From an uncultured Alphaproteobacteria bacterium (GTDB lineage: Bacteria > Pseudomonadota > Alphaproteobacteria > Rhodobacterales > Rhodobacteraceae), in contig CAVWRZ010000013.1 in the NCBI GenBank assembly GCA_963757495.1, positions 9,281 through 73,280 on the forward strand: 64,000 nucleotides of DNA, in the 5' to 3' direction. Positions 29,785 through 39,967 of this stretch are shown here, in pieces. Positions within the stretch are counted from its first letter, which is position 1; the number at the start of each line of letters is the position of its first letter. Made by a program: the position numbers and the translations under genes. Under the pieces are notes generated by a model. It was given only the letters and a program-made list of their open reading frames with translations, was not told the origin of the DNA and did not search any database.

Positions 29785-30078
29785 TCAGGTGCCCGACAGG
29801 ACGAGGTCGAGCGCGCGCGTGACATCGTCGCGCGCGTGTTCGGCGGAGGCGATCCGGGGGCCGAGGCGCGAGATCGGGATGGCGGCAAGGCTCAGGACAT
29901 GGGCGTGCAGCCTCGGATCGCCGGCGACGACCATCGGGGTGAGCCGGCCCTGCGCGGTCGATGGGGCCTGGGACGGGAGCAGGGGAACGACGATCCGCGT
30001 GGTCGTGCCCTCCAGCAGGTCGGACTGGACGTTCAGGAAGAGGCCGCCTTCCGACCGGTGGACGTCCCATTGCGCCAT
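29785..30078 (-). CDS. ccdB: CcdB-like toxin
   Basis: MAQWDVHR...LNVQSDLL...TRIVVPL...RLTP...ALDLVLSG pattern; directly downstream of a CcdA-like gene. Confidence 0.75.
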   Translation of the reverse strand: MAQWDVHRSEGGLFLNVQSDLLEGTTTRIVVPLLPSQAPSTAQGRLTPMVVAGDPRLHAHVLSLAAIPISRLGPRIASAEHARDDVTRALDLVLSGT

Positions 30079-30081
30079 CGC

Positions 30082-30315
30082 CTATCCCTCGGGCCAGACG
30101 TCGCGGACCCGTGCCAGCGGGAGGCCGTTGCGCTCGACGTAGTCGTCGTGGGCGGCGATCTCGGGTTGCAGTTCCTCCCTGAGTCGCCGTGCGCGTTCCG
30201 CCTTCACCACCCCGGCCACGCCCGACTGCGCGGCGGCGGAGACGTCGATGCCATAGGATCGGGCCTCGTCGAGCAGGGCGGTGTCGAGCGTCAGGCTGGT
30301 CTTGCGGGTGGGCAT
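30082..30315 (-). CDS. ccdA: CcdA-like antitoxin
   Basis: RKTSLTLDTALLDEARSYGIDVSAAA...E..I.A...YVERNGLPLA; 77 aa; 3 bp upstream of the toxin gene. Confidence 0.78.
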   Translation of the reverse strand: MPTRKTSLTLDTALLDEARSYGIDVSAAAQSGVAGVVKAERARRLREELQPEIAAHDDYVERNGLPLARVRDVWPEG

Positions 30316-30426
30316 GGGCAAGACTCCGTCTTGAGTGGGCCCGACACACCGCAAGCCGGTATTCCCGACAATCCCGCCCGCGCATCGGCGCTTGACCCGG
30401 CCCCGCGCAGGTCCGACACCCGAGGG

Positions 30427-31404
30427 ATGCTCGCCTACATCATACGCCGCATCTTCCAGTCCGTGATCGTCCTGCTCGCCGTGGGGCTCGTCGCGTTCTC
30501 GATGTTCCGCTTCGTCGGCGACCCGATCGAGCAGCTTCTGGGGCAGGAGCGCACGGTGGCGGACGTGGAGCGGCTGCGCGAGGCCTTGGGGCTGAACGAT
30601 CCGTTCCCGGTGCAATACGCCAAGTTCCTCGGACGCGCCGTCACCGGCGACTTCGGGATCAGCTACCGGCAGTCGCGCCCCGTGGCGGAGATCATCGCGG
30701 AGCGGGCTCCGGCGACGCTGGAGCTGGCGCTGGTGTCGGGGGTGCTGGCGCTGACCGTGGGGATCGGGCTGGGCGTCTTCACCGCGATCCGACGGGACGG
30801 CTGGGGGGCGAACCTCATCATGTCGGCCTCGCTGATCGGGGTATCGTTGCCGACGTTCCTGATCGGGATCCTGCTGATCTACGTGTTCGGGGTGCAGTTG
30901 CGATGGCTGCCGACCTTCGGACGCGGGGATGTGGTGGACTTGGGGTGGTGGAGCACCGGGTTCCTGACGGCGTCGGGCCTCAAGTCGCTGATCCTGCCGT
31001 CGATCACGCTCGGGCTGTTCCAGATGACGCTGATCATGCGGCTGGTGCGATCCGAGATGCTGGAGGTGCTGCGGCAGGACTACATCCGCTTCGCGCGCGC
31101 CCGGGGGCTCGCGGCGAAGTCCGTCAACTTCCGCCACGCGCTCAAGAACACGATGGTACCGGTGATCACGGTCACGGGGCTGCAACTGGGCGCGATCATC
31201 GCCTTCGCCATCATCACGGAGACGGTGTTCCAGTGGCCGGGCGTGGGCCTCCTGTTCATCAACGCGGTGCAGTTCGTCGATATCCCGGTGATGGCGGCGT
31301 ATCTGATGCTGATCTCGGTGATGTTCGTGATGATCAATCTGCTGGTGGATATCCTCTACGTCTGGGTCGACCCCCGGCTGCGCATCGACGGGAGGCACGC
31401 ATGA
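30427..31404 (+). CDS. Peptide/nickel ABC permease (DppB-like)
   Basis: GDP, LGLNDP..VQY, GDFGISY, PATLELA, EVL.QDYIRFARARGL, RHALKN, ETVFQWPG.G. Confidence 0.93.
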   Translation: MLAYIIRRIFQSVIVLLAVGLVAFSMFRFVGDPIEQLLGQERTVADVERLREALGLNDPFPVQYAKFLGRAVTGDFGISYRQSRPVAEIIAERAPATLELALVSGVLALTVGIGLGVFTAIRRDGWGANLIMSASLIGVSLPTFLIGILLIYVFGVQLRWLPTFGRGDVVDLGWWSTGFLTASGLKSLILPSITLGLFQMTLIMRLVRSEMLEVLRQDYIRFARARGLAAKSVNFRHALKNTMVPVITVTGLQLGAIIAFAIITETVFQWPGVGLLFINAVQFVDIPVMAAYLMLISVMFVMINLLVDILYVWVDPRLRIDGRHA

Positions 31405-32390
31405 GCGATCTGACGGACGCGGCGCGGCAGGGGCCGAAGCCCACCGGCCGGCTTGAGGAGGCGGAGGTCGTCGCGCCGGCGCGCTGGCGCGCGATCTGGG
31501 ACGCGGACATCTCGTACTCGTTCCGGCAGTCGCCGGTAGCGGTGGGCGCGGCGGTGGTGACGCTGCTGATGGTGCTGGCGGCGGTCTTCGCGCCGTGGGT
31601 TGCGACGACGAACCCGTTCGACCCGTCCTCGCTCAACCTGATGAACGGCTTCTCCGCTCCGGGCGTGCCCAACCAGTTCACCGGGGAGAGCTTCGTGCTG
31701 GGCACCGACGACCAAGGTCGGGACGTCTTCTCGACCATCCTCTACGGGCTGCGGATCTCGCTCTTCGTGGGCGCGATGGCGGTGAGTTTCGCGCTGGTGC
31801 TCGGCGTGACGCTCGGGTTGCTGGCGGGCTATCTCGGCGGCTGGACCGAGACGATCATCATGCGGGTGGCGGACGTGCAGCTGACCTTCCCGTCGATCCT
31901 CGTGGCGCTGCTGATCTTCGGGGTGGCGCGCGGCGTGATCCCGATCGAGTACCGCGATCAGATGGCGATCTGGGTGCTGATCGTGGCGATCGGCCTGTCG
32001 GACTGGGTCCAGTTCGCCCGCGTCGTGCGCGGGGCCACGCTGGTGGAGAAGAACAAGGAATACGTGCAGGCCGCGCGGCTCATCGGGCGCAGGCCGGGGG
32101 CCATCATGCTGCGCCACATCCTGCCCAACGTGCTCTCCCCGGTGCTGGTGATCGCGACGATCTCGCTGGCGCTGGCGATCATCGCGGAGGCGACGTTGAG
32201 CTTCCTCGGCGTGGGTGCGCCGCCGACGCAACCGAGCCTCGGGACGCTCATCCGCATCGGGCAGGACTTCCTGTTCTCGGGCGAGTGGTGGATCCTGTTC
32301 TTCCCGGCCTGCACCCTGCTGGCGCTGGCGCTCTCGGTGAACCTGCTGGGGGATTGGCTGCGCGACGCGCTGAACCCGAGGCTCAGGTGA
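31401..32390 (+). CDS. Peptide/nickel ABC permease (DppC-like)
   Basis: LGTDDQGRD, YGLRISL, EYVQAARLIG, RHILPN, EATLSFLG.GAPP..PSLG. Confidence 0.93.
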   Translation: MSDLTDAARQGPKPTGRLEEAEVVAPARWRAIWDADISYSFRQSPVAVGAAVVTLLMVLAAVFAPWVATTNPFDPSSLNLMNGFSAPGVPNQFTGESFVLGTDDQGRDVFSTILYGLRISLFVGAMAVSFALVLGVTLGLLAGYLGGWTETIIMRVADVQLTFPSILVALLIFGVARGVIPIEYRDQMAIWVLIVAIGLSDWVQFARVVRGATLVEKNKEYVQAARLIGRRPGAIMLRHILPNVLSPVLVIATISLALAIIAEATLSFLGVGAPPTQPSLGTLIRIGQDFLFSGEWWILFFPACTLLALALSVNLLGDWLRDALNPRLR

Positions 32391-33373
32391 TGGAGACTTC
32401 CGTCCTCGAACTGCGCAATCTCACCGTCGACATCCCGACACGGCACGGCATCCTGCGGCCCGTGGACGACGTGTCCTGGAGCATCGCGCGGGGGGAGATC
32501 CTCGGCGTGGTGGGGGAATCCGGGGCGGGGAAGTCGATGACGGGGAACGCGGTGATCGGGTTGCTGGACCCGCCGGCGCATATCTCGGGCGGGCAGGTGC
32601 TGATGGAGGGGGAGCGGATCGACGACGTCTCGCCGGCGGAGATGCGGCGGGTGCGGGGCAAGCGGATCGGGATGGTGTTCCAGGACCCGCTGACCTCGCT
32701 GAACCCGCTGCTGACCATCGGGGATCAGCTGTCCGAGACGATCCTGCGGCATCTGGACGTGACCAAGGCGGAGGCCGATGCGCGGGCGATCCGGGGGCTG
32801 GACGAGGTGGGCATCCCCTCGGCGAAGAACCGGATGGGGGCCTATCCGCACGAGTTCTCCGGCGGGATGCGGCAGCGGGTGGTGATCGCGCTGGCGCTCT
32901 GCGCCGAGCCGACGCTGCTGATCGCGGACGAGCCGACGACGGCGCTGGACGTCTCGGTGCAGGCGCAGATCATCGCGCTCCTCAAGCGGCTCTGCCGGGA
33001 GCGGGGGATGGCCGCGATGCTGGTGACGCACGACATGGGCGTGATCGCGGAGACGGCCGACAGGGTGGCGGTGATGTACGCGGGCCGGCTGGCGGAGATC
33101 GGGCCGGTGAGCCAGATCGTGGGCGCGCCGCGTCATCCCTATACCGACGGGCTGATGGCCTCGACGCCGGCGGCGAGTTCGGGGGAGGCGCGGCTGCGGC
33201 AGATTCCCGGGAACATGCCGCGGCTGGGGCGGTTGCCGGAGGGCTGCGCATTCAACCCGCGCTGTCCGTTCGTGCAGGACAGGTGCCGGGTCGAGCCGGG
33301 GCCGAAGGTCGGGGTGGCGGACGCGCGGGCGGCGTGCTGGTTCCCGCTGGATGCGCAGGAGGCGGTGGCGTGA
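32390..33373 (+). CDS. Peptide ABC ATP-binding protein (DppD-like)
   Basis: GESGAGKS, FQDP, YPHEFSGGMRQR, IADEPTTALD, THD, HPYT; C-terminal Cys cluster. Confidence 0.93.
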   Translation: METSVLELRNLTVDIPTRHGILRPVDDVSWSIARGEILGVVGESGAGKSMTGNAVIGLLDPPAHISGGQVLMEGERIDDVSPAEMRRVRGKRIGMVFQDPLTSLNPLLTIGDQLSETILRHLDVTKAEADARAIRGLDEVGIPSAKNRMGAYPHEFSGGMRQRVVIALALCAEPTLLIADEPTTALDVSVQAQIIALLKRLCRERGMAAMLVTHDMGVIAETADRVAVMYAGRLAEIGPVSQIVGAPRHPYTDGLMASTPAASSGEARLRQIPGNMPRLGRLPEGCAFNPRCPFVQDRCRVEPGPKVGVADARAACWFPLDAQEAVA

Positions 33374-34356
33374 ACATCGTGTCGGTGAAGCATCTGACGC
33401 GGGTGTTCGACGTGTCGAAGCCCTGGCTGAACCGGGTGATCGAGCGGTTGCCGAAGCGGATGCTCACGGCCGTGTCCGACGTGAGCTTCGAGATCCCGGA
33501 GCGGACGACCTACGCGCTGGTGGGCGAGAGCGGGTCGGGCAAGTCGACCATCGGCAAGATGGTGGTGGGGCTGCTGCGGCCCACGGAGGGGAACGTGGAG
33601 ATCGACGGGGTGGACCTGGTGACGGAGCGCGATCCCGGCGTGATCGACCGGATCCGCACCGACATCCAGATGATCTTCCAGGACCCCTTCGCCTCGCTCA
33701 ACCCGCGCTGGCGGGTGCGCGACATCATCACCGAGCCGGTGGCCGCGCGGGGCGGGGAGACCGCCGGTCTGGCGGATCGCCTGCTGGATCAGGTGGGGCT
33801 GTCGGTGGACGATGCGGGCAAATATCCGCATCAGTTCTCGGGCGGGCAGCGACAGCGGATCTGCGTGGCGCGGGCGCTGGCGAGCGAGCCGAAGCTGATC
33901 GTATGCGACGAGCCGACGTCCGCCTTGGATGTGAGTGTCCAGGCCCAGGTGCTCAACCTGATGAGCGATCTCAAGGAGCAGCACGGGTTGACGTATCTGT
34001 TCATCAGCCACGACCTCACCGTGGTGCGGCACATGGCGGACACCATCGGCGTGCTCTATCTCGGACGGCTGGTGGAGGAGGCGGCGCCGGACGATCTGTT
34101 CACCCGGCCGGCGCATCCCTACACGGCGATGCTGATCGACGCGGCCCCGCGGCTCGACGGGTTCGGGCGCGAGGTGGAGCCGCCGGAGGGGGAGATTCCC
34201 GACCCGATCGATCCGCCGACGGGCTGTGCCTTCCACCCGCGCTGTCCGCTGGCGACGGAGATCTGTTCGGCGGAGCGGCCGAAGCTGGAGCCGTTCCGGG
34301 GCGGGCGGGTGGCCTGTCACCATGCCGGGGAGGTCGCGCTCGAAAGCGTGGCCTGA
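33370..34356 (+). CDS. Peptide ABC ATP-binding protein (DppF-like)
   Basis: GTG start overlapping the upstream stop; GESGSGKS, YPHQFSGGQRQR, CDEPTSALD, SHD, HPYT, GC.FHPRCP. Confidence 0.93.
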   Translation: MNIVSVKHLTRVFDVSKPWLNRVIERLPKRMLTAVSDVSFEIPERTTYALVGESGSGKSTIGKMVVGLLRPTEGNVEIDGVDLVTERDPGVIDRIRTDIQMIFQDPFASLNPRWRVRDIITEPVAARGGETAGLADRLLDQVGLSVDDAGKYPHQFSGGQRQRICVARALASEPKLIVCDEPTSALDVSVQAQVLNLMSDLKEQHGLTYLFISHDLTVVRHMADTIGVLYLGRLVEEAAPDDLFTRPAHPYTAMLIDAAPRLDGFGREVEPPEGEIPDPIDPPTGCAFHPRCPLATEICSAERPKLEPFRGGRVACHHAGEVALESVA

Positions 34357-34416
34357 GGCGTGCGGACCGACGTATGGCTCCGGGTCATACGTCGGTACGA
34401 CCCCGAGCATACCTTC

Positions 34417-37371
34417 CTAGCGGGCTTCCATCGCGATCAGGGTGGCGTTTCCGCCGGCGGCCGTGGTGTCGGTGGAGACGACGACCTCCTCCACGAAGCG
34501 GGTGAGGTAGAGCGGGCCGCCGGCCTTGGGCCCTGTCCCCGACTTGCCATGGCCGCCGAAGGGTTGCGAGCCGACGATGGCGCCGATCTGATTGCGGTTG
34601 ACGTAGATGTTGCCGGCCGGGGCGCGCGCCGTGACATGGGCGATGGTGGCGTCGATGCGGGAATGGAGCCCGAAGGTCAGGCCGAAGCCGGTGGCGTGGA
34701 TTTCGTCGAGCACCTTGTCGATCTGGCCGGCCTTCCAGCGTTTGACGTGAAGGATGGGGCCGAAGACCTCTTCCTCCAGCGTCTCGTCGGGGCCGAGTTC
34801 GATGATGGTGGGGGGGAAGAAGAGACCGTCGGGTGCCTTGCCCTGCCAGAGGGGTTCGTGGTCGGCGACATAGGTCCGGAGCCTGTCGAGGGCGGGCTGG
34901 TCGATGATCGGGCCCGACGTCCGTCGCCGGATCCATGCCGTCGCCCATCACGAGGGTCGCGGCGGCACCCTGGATCATCTCCAGCATCCGGTCCGCCACG
35001 TCGTCCTGCACGTAGAGGATGCGGCAGGCGGAGCAGCGCTGGCCGGCGGAGCGGAAGGCGGAGGCGACCACGTCGCGCGCCACCTGTTCGGGCAGGGCGG
35101 TCGCGTCCACGATCATCGCGTTCACGCCGCCGGTCTCGGCGATGAGAGGCACGATGGGGCCGTCGCGACCGGCGAGGTCGCGGTTGATCGCCTTGGCGGT
35201 CGCCGTCGAGCCGGTGAAGGAGACGCCGGCGAGGGCGGGATGCGCCATCAGCGCCTGTCCGACCTCGACGCCGCCGGGGGCGAGGATGAGCGCATCCTTC
35301 GGGACGCCGGCGCGGTGCATCAGCGCGAGCGCCTGGGCGGCGATGCGCGGGGTCTGCGGCGCGGGCTTGGCGACGACGGCGTTGCCGACCGAGAGGGCTG
35401 CGGCGGTCTGGCCCGAGGAAGATGGCGAGCGGGAAGTTCCACGGTGCGACGGTCACGAAGACGCCGCGCCCGCGGGCGTGCCAGCGGTTGGACTCGCCGG
35501 TCGGGCCGGGCAGGTCGCGGGGGGTGCAGAGGATTTCCGCCTCGTCGGCGTAGAAGCGCAGGAAGTCGACCGCCTCCCGGATCTCGGCGATGCCGTCGTC
35601 CACCGTCTTGCCGGCCTCGCGGGCGAGGGTCGCCATCAGCGCGGGGCGCTCCTCCTCCAGCAGGTCGGCGGCGCGGCGCAGGGCGGCGGAGCGGGTGGCG
35701 GCGGGCAGGTCGCGCCAGGCGGGTGCTGCCTTGGCGGCGCGGGCCATGGCGGCGTCGACGTCCGCGGCGGTGAGGGGTGCGACCTCGGGCGCTTGCGGCG
35801 CGGCACGCATGGCGTCGGCAAGGCGGTTCAGGTCGTCCTCCTTGCCCCATTCCATGCCGCCGGAGTTCAGCCGACCCCCGAAGAGGGCGTTCGGCATCGG
35901 GATGCGCGGGTGGCGCGGCGTCGCCTCCAGATCGTCGGGGAAATGGAGCACCTCGTCGACGGGGACGTCCTTGTCGCCGGCCTTGGCGACGAAGCTGGTG
36001 GAGGCGCCGTTCTCCAGCAGGCGGCGCACGAGATAGGCCAGCAGGTCGCGGTGGCCGCCCACGGGCGCGTAGATGCGGCAGGTGGCGTCGTACTCCCGCG
36101 TGACCGCGTCGTAGAGCGATTCGCCCATGCCGTGCAGGCGCTGGAACTCGTAGCCTTTGGCGGCCTCCCCGGTGCGGTCGGCCGTCTCGAGGATCTGCGC
36201 GATCGACAGCGCGTTGTGGGTGGCGAACTGCGCGTAGAGATGCGGGCGCAGGGCCAGCATCCGCTTGGCGCAGGCGAGGAAGTTGAGATCCGTCACCTCC
36301 TTGCGGGTGAAGACCGGGTAGTCGGCATGGCCCTCCACCTGCGCGTGCTTGACCTCCGTGTCCCAGTAGGCGCCCTTCACGAGGCGGACCATCAGCGTCT
36401 GCCCGTGGGTGCGGGCGAGTTCCCCGGCCCAGTCGATCACCGCGAGCGAACGCTTGGCGTAGCCCTGGATGGCGAGGCCGAATCCGTTCCAGTCGCGCAA
36501 GCCATCGTCGGCGAAGGCGGTCTCGATCACGGCGAGGGAGAGCTCCAGCCGGTCCTGCTCCTCGGCGTCGACGGTGAAGTTGAGGTCGTATGCCTTGGCC
36601 TGACGGGCGAGGTCGACGAGCACCGGGACCAGCTCGCGCAGGACGGCCTCGCGGTTGCGCGGCTCGTAGCGCGGGTGCAGGGCGGAGAGCTTGACCGAGA
36701 TGCCGGGGCGGTGCGGCAGGGGGCGGTTGCCGGCGGCGCGCCCGATGGCGGCGATGGCGTCCGCATAGGATTTCGCGTATCGGTGCGCGTCGTCCCAGGT
36801 CCGCGCGCCCTCGCCCAGCATGTCGTAGCTGTAGAGCCGGCCCTTCGCCTCCTGCTCGCGCGCGCGCTTGAGCGCGGCCTGGATGGTCTCGTCCGAGCAC
36901 GAACTGATGGCCCATGAAGCGCATCGCCTGCCGCACGCCGGTGCGCACGGCCGGGGTCCCGATGCGCCGGGTCAGGTCGCCCAGCACGCCCGGCACGGTG
37001 TCGCCGGGGCGCAGCAGGCGGTTCGACAGGCCGAGGCCCCAGGTGGCGGCGGAGACGAGCCAGGCGTCCGACGGCTCGTGCCCGTCCCAGTCGCCGGACC
37101 CGATCTTGTCGGCGATGAGCGTGTCCTGCGTCTTTTGATCGGGGACGCGGAGGAGTGCTTCGGCCATCGACATCAGGGCGAGGCCTTCGCGGGTGGAGAG
37201 GTCGTAGTCGCGCAGGAAGTCCTCGAGTCCACCGATGCGCGTCTGCGCGCCGCGGATCGTCCGGATGAGCCCGGAGGCGCGGGCGCGGGCATGGTCGGAT
37301 ACCGCGGCATGGGGCATGAGGCCGGCGATCAGCGTCTCGTCGGCGGGCGCGTAGGGAGCGGTGAACGGCAT
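34417..37371 (-). pseudogene. putA: Bifunctional proline dehydrogenase / P5C dehydrogenase, with three apparent +1 frameshifts (~36891, ~35413, ~34912)
   Basis: LSTREGLALM, YSYDMLGEGART, ISVKLSALHP, DAEE, RLVKGAYWD, FATHN, EFQRLHGMGE, YLVRRLLENGA, PWNFPLAI, FTGS, AETGG, SAGQRCSA, EVFGP.LH, GLHSR, QPFGGHGKSGTGPKAGG across four frames. Confidence 0.92.
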
Positions 37372-37501
37372 CGGGACCTCCGGGGGCGTGTGATGACTTC
37401 GGATAGGCGGTTTCGGGATGGGGTTCTCACCAAATCCATAGCATCACCCGGGGCACCGGCGCAGGAAATCGCGCCAGCAGGGCAAACGAAGGAGAAATCC
37501 C

Positions 37502-37969
37502 ATGTCGATCGACCGGCACGACCGCACGATCCTCTCCATCCTTCAACGCGACGGGCGAATCGCGGTGACGGCGCTGGCGGAGAAGGTCGGCCTGTCGCCC
37601 AACGCGACGGCCGAACGGATGCGGCGGTTGCAGCGCGACGGGGTCATCACGGGGTTCCGCGCCGTGCTGGATCCTGCCGCGCTGGGCCGGGGGCTGACGG
37701 CCTTCGTGGAGGTGCGGCTCGACCGGACGTCGCCCGAGGTGTTCGACGCCTTCGCGCAGGTGATCCGGGGCATGGCCGGGGTGGAGGAATGCCACATGGT
37801 CGCCGGCGGGTTCGATTACCTGCTCAAGACCCGGCACCGGGACATGGCGGCGTACCGCGCCTTCCTGTCGGAGACGCTGGTGGTGCTGCCGGGGGTGCGG
37901 GAGACGCGGACCTATGCGGTGATGGAGGCGGTGGTGGAGGGCGGGACGCTGCCGCTGGATGGGGTGTGA
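37502..37969 (+). CDS. putR: Lrp/AsnC family regulator divergent from putA
   Basis: IDRHDRTILSILQRDGRI..LAEKVGLS HTH, ECHMVAGGFDYLLK; divergent from putA. Confidence 0.88.
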   Translation: MSIDRHDRTILSILQRDGRIAVTALAEKVGLSPNATAERMRRLQRDGVITGFRAVLDPAALGRGLTAFVEVRLDRTSPEVFDAFAQVIRGMAGVEECHMVAGGFDYLLKTRHRDMAAYRAFLSETLVVLPGVRETRTYAVMEAVVEGGTLPLDGV

Positions 37970-38015
37970 TTTGCCTCGAATGCACTGGAAATGGCCTTGC
38001 TGCGGCCGCGATCCG

Positions 38016-38030
38016 TTAAGGTGCGCTTAA
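38016..38030. promoter_or_regulatory. CtrA-type box upstream of flagellin
   Basis: TTAA-GGTGCGC-TTAA: perfect TTAA-N7-TTAA in a ~70% GC context, ~145 bp before fliC. Confidence 0.75.
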
Positions 38031-38175
38031 GGCCCGAAGGTCTAGGACATGCAGGCCGAGAACGGCGATCGCGGGATGACCGGCACCACCGGCCCCCGAA
38101 GACAGAATGTCGATCTGTCCGCATCCGCGGATGTCTTGAGCCTGCGAAGCAGGCACATTCACGTGAGGAACACAC

Positions 38176-39483
38176 ATGTCCAGCATTCTGACCAACAACG
38201 GCGCGATGGTCGCGCTGCAGACGCTGCAATCCATCAACAAGAACCTGGGCCAGACCCAGACCGAGATCTCGACCGGCAAGTCGATCGCCAACGCCAAGGA
38301 CAACTCGGCCATCTGGGCGATCTCCAAGGTCATGGAGAGCGACGTCCAGGGCTTCAAGGCGGTGAGCGACTCACTGAACCTGGGCCAGTCCACCGTGTCC
38401 GTGGCCCGCGCCGCGGCGGAGAAGGTCACGGAAGACCTGATTCAAATGAAGGACAAGATCGTCGCCGCTCAGGGCAGCAACGTCGACCGTGGCAAGCTGA
38501 ACGACGAAGTCCAAGCTTTCGTCGAGTCGATAAGGTCCACCGTCGGTGCCGCACAGTTCAACGGGCTGAACCTCGTCGACGGCAAGATTGACGGCAGCAG
38601 CGTCATCGGCTCGCTCAACCGTGCCGCCGACGGCTCCGTCTCGACGTCCACGATCGACATCGCCGCGCAGAATCTTTCGGACGCAGAAGGGCTGGATATT
38701 GCTCCTACAACGGATCCGGTCACGGCTCAGGCTCCTGTGGGAACGCCGGGCGATCCGGGTGTCCCAAACACGACCTACGCTCTTGCAGCCGCCAACGGCG
38801 CGGCAAATGATTTTGACGAGATTGAGTTGGACTTCGGTGACCAGTTCCTTCAGGCCGGCGGTGCCGCGGCGGGTGCCGTCGCCCTCGGCAAGGATACGGC
38901 AGGTGTGGATCCCACTTTGGCAACGGGATTTCTCGCCGGTGATGTCGTTACACTGACGATCGGAAATACCGAAGGCAGCTACACGATCCGGGAAGGAGAC
39001 ACCGCCGATGCGATGAATGCCGGGCTTAAGAGGGCGCTCGAAGATGGTGGTTTAGACAGCAACAACTTCTCGATCACGCTCGGGGCCGGTACTCTCACCG
39101 TCGCGAACCTGACCAACCAGGGTAATATCGGGGTGGAGTACTCCTCGACCCGTGGAAACGGGGGTCTGGCGGATCTGACCGGCCTTGATGTGAGCACCGA
39201 AGCCGGAGCCGCGTCTGCGATCGCCTCAATCGAGAAGATGATCGACACGTCCATCTCGGCCGCCGCCTCGTTCGGTTCCGACCAGAAGCGGATCGACAGC
39301 CAGGCCGACTTCCTGAGCAAGCTCACGGATGCCTTCAAGTCGGGCATCGGTTCGCTGGTGGATGCCAACATGGAGGAGGCCTCTGCCCGGTTGCAGGCCC
39401 TGCAGGTGCAGCAGCAGCTCGCAACACAATCGCTGTCGATCGCCAACCAGGCACCGCAGTCGATCCTGTCGCTGTTCCGCTAA
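38176..39483 (+). CDS. fliC: Flagellin
   Basis: MSSILTNNGAMVALQTL..ISTGK N-terminus; LVDANMEEASARLQALQVQQQL..QSLSIANQAPQSILSLFR C-terminus. Confidence 0.97.
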   Translation: MSSILTNNGAMVALQTLQSINKNLGQTQTEISTGKSIANAKDNSAIWAISKVMESDVQGFKAVSDSLNLGQSTVSVARAAAEKVTEDLIQMKDKIVAAQGSNVDRGKLNDEVQAFVESIRSTVGAAQFNGLNLVDGKIDGSSVIGSLNRAADGSVSTSTIDIAAQNLSDAEGLDIAPTTDPVTAQAPVGTPGDPGVPNTTYALAAANGAANDFDEIELDFGDQFLQAGGAAAGAVALGKDTAGVDPTLATGFLAGDVVTLTIGNTEGSYTIREGDTADAMNAGLKRALEDGGLDSNNFSITLGAGTLTVANLTNQGNIGVEYSSTRGNGGLADLTGLDVSTEAGAASAIASIEKMIDTSISAAASFGSDQKRIDSQADFLSKLTDAFKSGIGSLVDANMEEASARLQALQVQQQLATQSLSIANQAPQSILSLFR

Positions 39484-39490
39484 GTCGATC

Positions 39491-39523
39491 GGCCCGCCCC
39501 GGACATTCCGGGGTGGGCCTTTT
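39491..39523 (+). terminator. Intrinsic terminator after fliC
   Basis: GGCCCGCCCCGGA-CAT-TCCGGGGTGGGCC followed by TTTT. Confidence 0.8.
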
Positions 39524-39595
39524 CCCGGGCACAGGCGCGAAGCGCCGGATCTTCGCCTCGAGCGCGAAGCTCGCTAAAAGTGAGAACCAATTCAG

Positions 39596-39967
39596 ATGGG
39601 CTATTCCCAGCAGGCCTTCGCGGCCTACTCCACGCTCGATCCCTCCATGATTTCCCCCGGTCGCGCCGAAGCGCAGGTCTTCGCCCGCGTGACCCGCAAG
39701 CTCGAACAGGCCTTCGCCGACGAGACGAGCTCCGCCACCGTCCGCGTCTCCGCGCTCCACGACAATCGCCGTCTGTGGCAGGCCGCCGCAATCGCCTGCG
39801 CCGACGACGACAACCAGATGCCGGACGCGCTGCGGGCCTCGCTGATCTCCCTCGCGGGCTTCGTCGACCGCACGACGAGCGGCGTTCTCGGCGGATCGGC
39901 GGACCCGTCCGTGCTCTTCGAGATCAATCGGCGCATCGCCTCCGGCCTGTCGGCGGGAGCGGCCTGA
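39596..39967 (+). CDS. flaF: Flagellar biosynthesis regulator FlaF
   Basis: EAQVFARVT.KL, ALHDNRRLW, DNQMPDALRASLISL, INRRI..GL; position after fliC. Confidence 0.88.
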   Translation: MGYSQQAFAAYSTLDPSMISPGRAEAQVFARVTRKLEQAFADETSSATVRVSALHDNRRLWQAAAIACADDDNQMPDALRASLISLAGFVDRTTSGVLGGSADPSVLFEINRRIASGLSAGAA

